Under the pieces are notes generated by a model. The model ran no database searches. It saw only the letters and a list, made by a program, of their open reading frames with translations, and was not told the origin of the DNA. 64,000 nucleotides of DNA, taken from positions 1,088,001 through 1,152,000 of the forward strand of contig OZ243972.1 in assembly GCA_965214705.1 (NCBI GenBank), written 5' to 3'. Source of the DNA: Alphaproteobacteria bacterium. GTDB lineage: Bacteria > Pseudomonadota > Alphaproteobacteria > UBA828. Within the stretch, counting starts at the first letter, position 1. Each line of letters starts with the position of its first letter. Below, one piece after another: positions 58,998-64,000 of the stretch. The position numbers and the translations under genes were made by a program.

Positions 58998-59662
58998 TTC
59001 GTCATTCCCAGCGTCCGCCGCACCCATCTTTCGAACACGTTGATCGCGAAGGCGGACGGCAACGAGACTGCGAGGAAGATCGCGCCGACCATGGTGTAAG
59101 GCTCCAAGTACCTGTCGCTCTCGGCACCGACGGCCGTGGCCGTGTGCATCAGCTCGGCCACGCCGATCACCGACAGCATCGGCGTGTCTTTGAAAATGCC
59201 CACCAGATAGTTCCCCATCCCAGCCACCGCCGGCGGCAACGCCTGCGGGATGACGATGCGCCGATACGTGGTGACGATCGGCAGGTTGATCGCCTTCGCG
59301 GCTTCCCACTGGCCTTTGGGCACGCTCTCGATGCCACCGCGGTAGACCTCGGACAGATAGGCGCCGTAGTGCACCCCGATGGCGATCAGCCCCGCGGTCC
59401 AGGGCGAGAGCGTGAGCCCGAACTGCGGGCCGACGTAGTAGACGAAGAAGATCTGCAGGAGCAGCGGCGTCGAGCGAATGAGCTCGACGAATTCCCGGAC
59501 GACCAGGGTCAAGGGGAGAAACGGCGTGCGCTGGGCCAGAACGAAGACCAGCCCCAGAATGATCGCGATCGTGTAGCCGCCGCCGGCGGCGATCAGGGTC
59601 TTCCCCGTCGCGTCGACGAAGCGCGGCGCGAGCTCCCACACCCAATCCCATCGCCACTCCAC
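58994..59662 (-). CDS. ehuD: Ectoine-type ABC permease
   Basis: MEWRWDW, RSTPLLLQ, HYGAYLSEVYRGGI, GNYLVGIFKDTP. Confidence 0.8.
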   Translation of the reverse strand: MEWRWDWVWELAPRFVDATGKTLIAAGGGYTIAIILGLVFVLAQRTPFLPLTLVVREFVELIRSTPLLLQIFFVYYVGPQFGLTLSPWTAGLIAIGVHYGAYLSEVYRGGIESVPKGQWEAAKAINLPIVTTYRRIVIPQALPPAVAGMGNYLVGIFKDTPMLSVIGVAELMHTATAVGAESDRYLEPYTMVGAIFLAVSLPSAFAINVFERWVRRTLGMTK

Positions 59663-59666
59663 GGCG

Positions 59667-60332
59667 CTAGACCTTTCCGATCCGCCGATTCATCAGACGC
59701 TCCAGCCCCCGCATGCCGGGCGTCACGAAGAAGCGGGCAATCACGTAGTAGATGACGATGGCAGTGCCGAACGCTTCGGCCGAGAGGAAGGTGGTGATGT
59801 TGATCTGACGGACCTCGAACATCAGGTCGGCAACCGCAATCAGCGCCACCAGAGCCGTGCCCTTGAGGATTTCGATGATGAGGTTACCCCAGGGCGGCAG
59901 CATGATGATGAAGGCTTGGGGAAGGATGATTCGCCTCATCCGGTTATGGGGCGCCATGTTCAAGGCCAGTGCGGCCTCCCATTGGCCCTTGGGCACGGCG
60001 AGGACGGCGCCCCGCACAAGCTCAGCACCATAGGCGCCCATATTCAGTCCCACCGCGAGGAAACCGGCCGTGAACTTGTCCAGGGTGATGCCGAAGAGCG
60101 GCAGAACGAAGAAAATCCAGAAAAGCTGCACGAGCAGAGACGTGCCGCGAAAGAACTCGATGTAGGCGACCGCGACGGCGCGCACCACGGGGCTCCGCGC
60201 GAGGCGCATCAGCCCGAAGGCGAGCGCGGCGACGACCGCGACGAATGTGGCCAGGAAGAACTGGTAGATCGTGACGATGGTGCCGTCGATCAGCCGGCCG
60301 CCGTACACGTCCAGGAATTCAATGTATGTCAT
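59667..60332 (-). CDS. ehuC: Ectoine-type ABC permease
   Basis: YIEFFRGTSLLVQLFW, GAYGAELVRGA, PPWGNLIIEILKGT. Confidence 0.8.
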   Translation of the reverse strand: MTYIEFLDVYGGRLIDGTIVTIYQFFLATFVAVVAALAFGLMRLARSPVVRAVAVAYIEFFRGTSLLVQLFWIFFVLPLFGITLDKFTAGFLAVGLNMGAYGAELVRGAVLAVPKGQWEAALALNMAPHNRMRRIILPQAFIIMLPPWGNLIIEILKGTALVALIAVADLMFEVRQINITTFLSAEAFGTAIVIYYVIARFFVTPGMRGLERLMNRRIGKV

Positions 60333-60372
60333 TGCGACGGGTCTTCGTTGCCCAGCGTCGCGCGGAACGGGA

Positions 60373-60409
60373 GGGGGACCGGCGCGCTTGGACGCGCGCC
60401 GGTTTCCCC
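60373..60409 (-). terminator. Intercistronic hairpin after the binding-protein gene
   Basis: ACCGGCGCGC-6 nt-GCGCGCCGGT perfect 10-bp stem with G/C extension. Confidence 0.5.
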
Positions 60410-60419
60410 GAGTCGGTGG

Positions 60420-61271
60420 CTAGGAGTCGGTTACCGGGCGATTGACGCAGATCCACTCTGTCGCGACATCGCCGGGAACATTCGACCGCGTGTAGTCATA
60501 GGGTGCGACGTTGGCCAGCATCTCGTCGGAGCCGATATAGCCTTCCATCGCCGCGTTGAATGCTTCGCGGAAGCCGTCGTCATCCTGATGGAAGCCGATG
60601 CCGACCCAGTTGAAGGTCCACTGGGGCAGGGCATTGGTGTCGGTCGCATCGATGTCGTCGGCTTCGCGAGCGATCTTGTCCGCCTCCGCCGACGTCATGG
60701 CGCCGGCGTCCGCTCGCCCTGCGCGGACCGCGGCAAGGGCTTCGGTGATACCGGGCACCTGCATGATCTTGTCCTCAGGGATGCCCTCGCTACGCGCCTC
60801 TTCGATATTGATGTAGCCGGTCACCCCGACCATCATGGCGCCGGCATTCTTGATGTCCTGGTAGGTTTGAATCCCCATGGGATTGCCGGCCGGCACGATG
60901 AAGGCGTTTCCGAACTGCCCGATCGGCTCGGAGAAGTCGATGTTCTCGCAGCGGGCCCTGAGGATGTACATGCCGCCGGTGATGATATCGACGCGCTCGG
61001 CGACCAGGCTGGGAATGAGCCCGCTCCAGTCCGTCACCACCGGCTCGACGTTGGTGTGGCCCATCCTCGCCAGCACATCGGTGGTGATGACGTTGACGAA
61101 GCCGAGCGGCGAGCCGTCCTCGCCCGGGTGCGCCCATGGCGGGGCGTTGGCGAAGCCGAGCCGAATGGGTTCGCCTGCGGCGACCCTGTCTTCAAGTGGG
61201 CCGGCTTGAACGGAGCCGACGGCCAGAGCCAGCGCGATGGCGACGGCGCCTGCGGTAAGTTTCCATTTCAT
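60420..61271 (-). CDS. ehuB: Ectoine-type ABC substrate-binding protein
   Basis: Signal peptide, IRLGFANAPPWA, LIPSL..RVD, GMYILRARC, VPAGNP. Confidence 0.8.
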   Translation of the reverse strand: MKWKLTAGAVAIALALAVGSVQAGPLEDRVAAGEPIRLGFANAPPWAHPGEDGSPLGFVNVITTDVLARMGHTNVEPVVTDWSGLIPSLVAERVDIITGGMYILRARCENIDFSEPIGQFGNAFIVPAGNPMGIQTYQDIKNAGAMMVGVTGYINIEEARSEGIPEDKIMQVPGITEALAAVRAGRADAGAMTSAEADKIAREADDIDATDTNALPQWTFNWVGIGFHQDDDGFREAFNAAMEGYIGSDEMLANVAPYDYTRSNVPGDVATEWICVNRPVTDS

Positions 61272-61510
61272 TTGAAGTCTCTCCCTCTGTTTTCTTGCCG
61301 GCCCGAGCTATCCAAGTTTGGATGGCCGGACCTGGCGGCTTATGCCCGCTGCGCGTTTGGCGTCTTTTCGGGGGCAATGGGACGTCTTGCGTCTTTCCTC
61401 CGTCTTGATGGCGAATTCAGAACTTCAAAGGCCGCGTGCGCGGTGTGGCACTGTCAGAAGTTGCGTGTCCTTTAGGCACGGCGAATTCGGGCCTGATCAC
61501 GACCCCGCGC

Positions 61511-62626
61511 TCATCGCAGGCTCTTCAGCACGAGCTCCTGGAAGCTTCGCACCGAGTCCTCCCACACCGGGGAAAGCACGCCGCCGTCGTCGGCGACGAC
61601 GGACTCGCGTCCTTGCTGGAGCCGCTCGCAGATCACCTGGTCCTCCAAGTGCACGTCGCGCCAGAGCGCCGCGAGTTGCTCCGCCTCTTCGGCCGATGGC
61701 GGCTCTGGCTTGAGGCTGTAGACGGCGCGGCGCTGGAGCGTGAGGTCGGGCGCGAGCGGCACGTCCAGGTGCACGCCAACCTGATCCGGGTGGTAAATCC
61801 CTAGCGAGAAGTTGGGGAAGATCGTGAGGTAGCGGGAATCCGCCGAAAGCGTGTCGTCCCGCTTCGCCGTGCTGGAGACATCCACGGCGCAGCCCAGGCA
61901 GCCCGGCTCGTTCAGGGTGTAGTGGTCGGTCAGCGGCTGCTCGGTGGTCGTCGCGTGCACGAAGGGCACGTGATAGGGCTCGATGAAGTTCTCCATCAGG
62001 AGCTTCCAGTTCGCGGCGATCTCGCCCAGATCGACCGTGACCACGTGCTGCATCCGGTCGAGGTCGAGCCCGTTGAACTGGCTCCGGAGCGGGGCGACGA
62101 TGTCTTCGAGCGGCGGCGCCTGACCGTCCAGGTTGACGAAGATCCAGTCGTGCCAGGTCGCCACCCGCACCGGGACCAGCCCGTGCTGCGCGCGGTCGAA
62201 GCCGGCCGGCACCGCGCGCGGGTCGTGCCCGCCGAAGTAGGGAGCGACGTGCAGCGCGCCGTCGAGCTTATAGGTCCAGGAGTGATAGGGGCATTGGATG
62301 GCGGGCCCCACGTTGCCGGGCCCCTCGACGAGCTTGAGGCAGCGATGGCGGCAGACATTGTGGAATGCCCGCACTTCTCGATCGTCGCCGCGCACCAGCA
62401 GCACCGGCTTGCCCGCCACGGTAACCGGCACCACGTCGCCCGGCTGCGCCAGCTCGTGCGCCAGGCCGGTGAATACCCACGATTCAGTGAAAATCCGCTC
62501 GTTCTCGAGTGCGAAGACGGCCTCGCTCGTATAGGCCGCTGCCGGCAAGCCGCGCGCCACAGCTCCTGGAGCCTCGAACGCAGCAAGCGCCTCCTCTCCC
62601 AGGATCGATTGCAGCGACAGGCTCAT
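61511..62626 (-). CDS. Rieske non-heme iron oxygenase alpha subunit (choline monooxygenase/N-demethylase-like)
   Basis: NVCRHR..CPYHSW, NWKLLMENFIEPYHVPFVH, EDQVICERLQQG; GGAGGT RBS. Confidence 0.9.
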   Translation of the reverse strand: MSLSLQSILGEEALAAFEAPGAVARGLPAAAYTSEAVFALENERIFTESWVFTGLAHELAQPGDVVPVTVAGKPVLLVRGDDREVRAFHNVCRHRCLKLVEGPGNVGPAIQCPYHSWTYKLDGALHVAPYFGGHDPRAVPAGFDRAQHGLVPVRVATWHDWIFVNLDGQAPPLEDIVAPLRSQFNGLDLDRMQHVVTVDLGEIAANWKLLMENFIEPYHVPFVHATTTEQPLTDHYTLNEPGCLGCAVDVSSTAKRDDTLSADSRYLTIFPNFSLGIYHPDQVGVHLDVPLAPDLTLQRRAVYSLKPEPPSAEEAEQLAALWRDVHLEDQVICERLQQGRESVVADDGGVLSPVWEDSVRSFQELVLKSLR

Positions 62627-62650
62627 GGCGACCTCCGTCAAAGCGCCGGG

Positions 62651-63175
62651 CTAGGGCACGTTGCGCTTGAGCAGGAACTGGTTCTTGAACATGCCGAGCC
62701 GGGTCATGACCTCGACGTGCGCGATGTCGGGCTGACCGTGTATGTGATCGTTCAGGAAGTTCGCGAGCTCGGTTTCCTCGTCGCACACGACCTCGACCAG
62801 CAGGTCGAACCGGCCGCTGACCCACATGACGTAGACGACGGCTTCGTGAGGATCGAGCCGCTCGGCGACTGCGGTGGGTGCCACGCCCGGCGCGGTCTTG
62901 ATGCCGAGCATCGCGTCGGACTCGTAGTCGACGGCCACCGGGTCGACCACCGCCACGATGCGGAGCATGCCGGCGTCCCGCATCCTGGTGACGCGGTTGC
63001 GGACCGTCCCGCCCGACACGCCGAGTTTCTGCCCGATCTCGTCGTAGGTGGCCCGCCCGTCGTCCTGGAGCAGGCGAATGATCTGCTGGTTGAGATCGTC
63101 GTGAGGCGAGGAGAGCGGCGAGACATTGCCGCCGTCATTCGCTGCCTGAAACGCCTGCTGCGTAGGTCGGGACAT
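62651..63175 (-). CDS. Lrp/AsnC-family regulator
   Basis: DDLNQQIIRLLQDDGR, LGVSGGTVRNRV, SGRFDLLVEV. Confidence 0.92.
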   Translation of the reverse strand: MSRPTQQAFQAANDGGNVSPLSSPHDDLNQQIIRLLQDDGRATYDEIGQKLGVSGGTVRNRVTRMRDAGMLRIVAVVDPVAVDYESDAMLGIKTAPGVAPTAVAERLDPHEAVVYVMWVSGRFDLLVEVVCDEETELANFLNDHIHGQPDIAHVEVMTRLGMFKNQFLLKRNVP

Positions 63176-63359
63176 GCGCTCTGCTCCTGGCGCCGCTGGC
63201 TGGGGAGCGCGGCGGACGTTGCCATATCCTCAACGTAGCGTTTATGATGTGATGAATCCGCAGCAATGGTCAACCATAATTCATGAAATTTAAATCATAG
63301 AGATCGGTGCGTCGGATTCGTTATCGTCATCGATCGCCATGCAGGGAGGCAAGCACCCG

Positions 63360-64000
63360 ATGACCGCGATACCAGGAAGCCTGGCCGAGGCACTGCCCGA
63401 CGTCGAACGCGTCCGTGAGGAGAAGACGAGGCTCTTCGAGGCGGGAGTCCGCTACGTTTTCTCCTGTTGGATCGACATGCACGGCCTGCCCAAGACCAAG
63501 CCGGTGCCGATCAGCGATTTCGAGAACCTGTGCATGGGCAAGGGGCCGCAGTTTGCCGTGCATTCGATCTCCTTCGTGCCCGAGCTCGGCGCGGCGGACT
63601 CCGACCAGATCCCGGTGCCGGACCTCGACTCCTTGGTCATCTGCCCGTGGGATCGCACCTGCGCCTGGATGTTCGCCGACCTCTGGTGGGAGGACGCGCC
63701 CTACAACCTCTGTCCTCGTCTGGCGCTCAAGCGCGTCATCGACGACACCGCAGCGAAGGGATTTATGGGTTTCGCGGGCATCGAGCCCGAGTTCATCGTG
63801 ATGCGCTGGCGCGACGGCCAGCCGGTCAAGGCATTCGACAACGACCCGCTCCCCGGCGAAGGCGTGCGGCCGAGACGCCAGGCGTTCGGCTACGACATCG
63901 AGTACACGATCGATTCCATGGGCTTCCTCGGCGCGGTCATCGACATCCTCGAGGACCTCGGCTGGGGGCTGAAGGATGTGGTGTGCGAGGGGGCGTATTC
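63360..64000 (+). CDS. Glutamine synthetase-family ligase (GlnT/GmaS/PuuA-like), partial at window end
   Basis: GGGAGG RBS; open frame with WIDMHGLPKTKPVP, PDLDSLVICPW, CPRLALKR, GIEPEF; absent from ORF track because no stop lies in the window. Confidence 0.88.
   Translation, partial: MTAIPGSLAEALPDVERVREEKTRLFEAGVRYVFSCWIDMHGLPKTKPVPISDFENLCMGKGPQFAVHSISFVPELGAADSDQIPVPDLDSLVICPWDRTCAWMFADLWWEDAPYNLCPRLALKRVIDDTAAKGFMGFAGIEPEFIVMRWRDGQPVKAFDNDPLPGEGVRPRRQAFGYDIEYTIDSMGFLGAVIDILEDLGWGLKDVVCEGAY

Overview
High-GC alphaproteobacterial chromosome segment, Rhodospirillales-like by gene content, that contains the replication origin. The left third is mostly core genome: mnmE-mnmG-rsmG-parA-parB with a perfect parS inside rsmG, then rho-dcd-hemJ-hemH-hemE, oriC (DnaA boxes plus a TTAA-N7-TTAA CtrA-type box with a GANTC site in its spacer), and ppsR-maf-aroE-coaE-dnaQ. 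The mnmE-parB block faces rho head-on, which suggests a local inversion. Its junction carries a UspA remnant, two IHF-like sites and an ornithine-cyclodeaminase-family gene. The rest is accessory. The best candidate for an undescribed system is a six-gene membrane redox operon at 27.5-31.7 kb: three small membrane proteins, a ferric-reductase/MsrQ-type heme domain fused to a Rieske domain, a Cys/His-rich partner, and a Rieske-fused glutamate-synthase-like FMN enzyme. It is followed by an AT-richer HEPN-motif gene whose tail is split by an IS1634-family element, a desaturase plus tandem homocysteine methyltransferase operon with an XRE regulator, tungstate, polyamine and ectoine-type ABC transporters, a ~257-nt three-way-junction palindromic element, and a Rieske oxygenase/Lrp/glutamine-synthetase-like module. 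No rRNA, tRNA or CRISPR array was seen. All family calls come from motif recognition by eye, not database searches.
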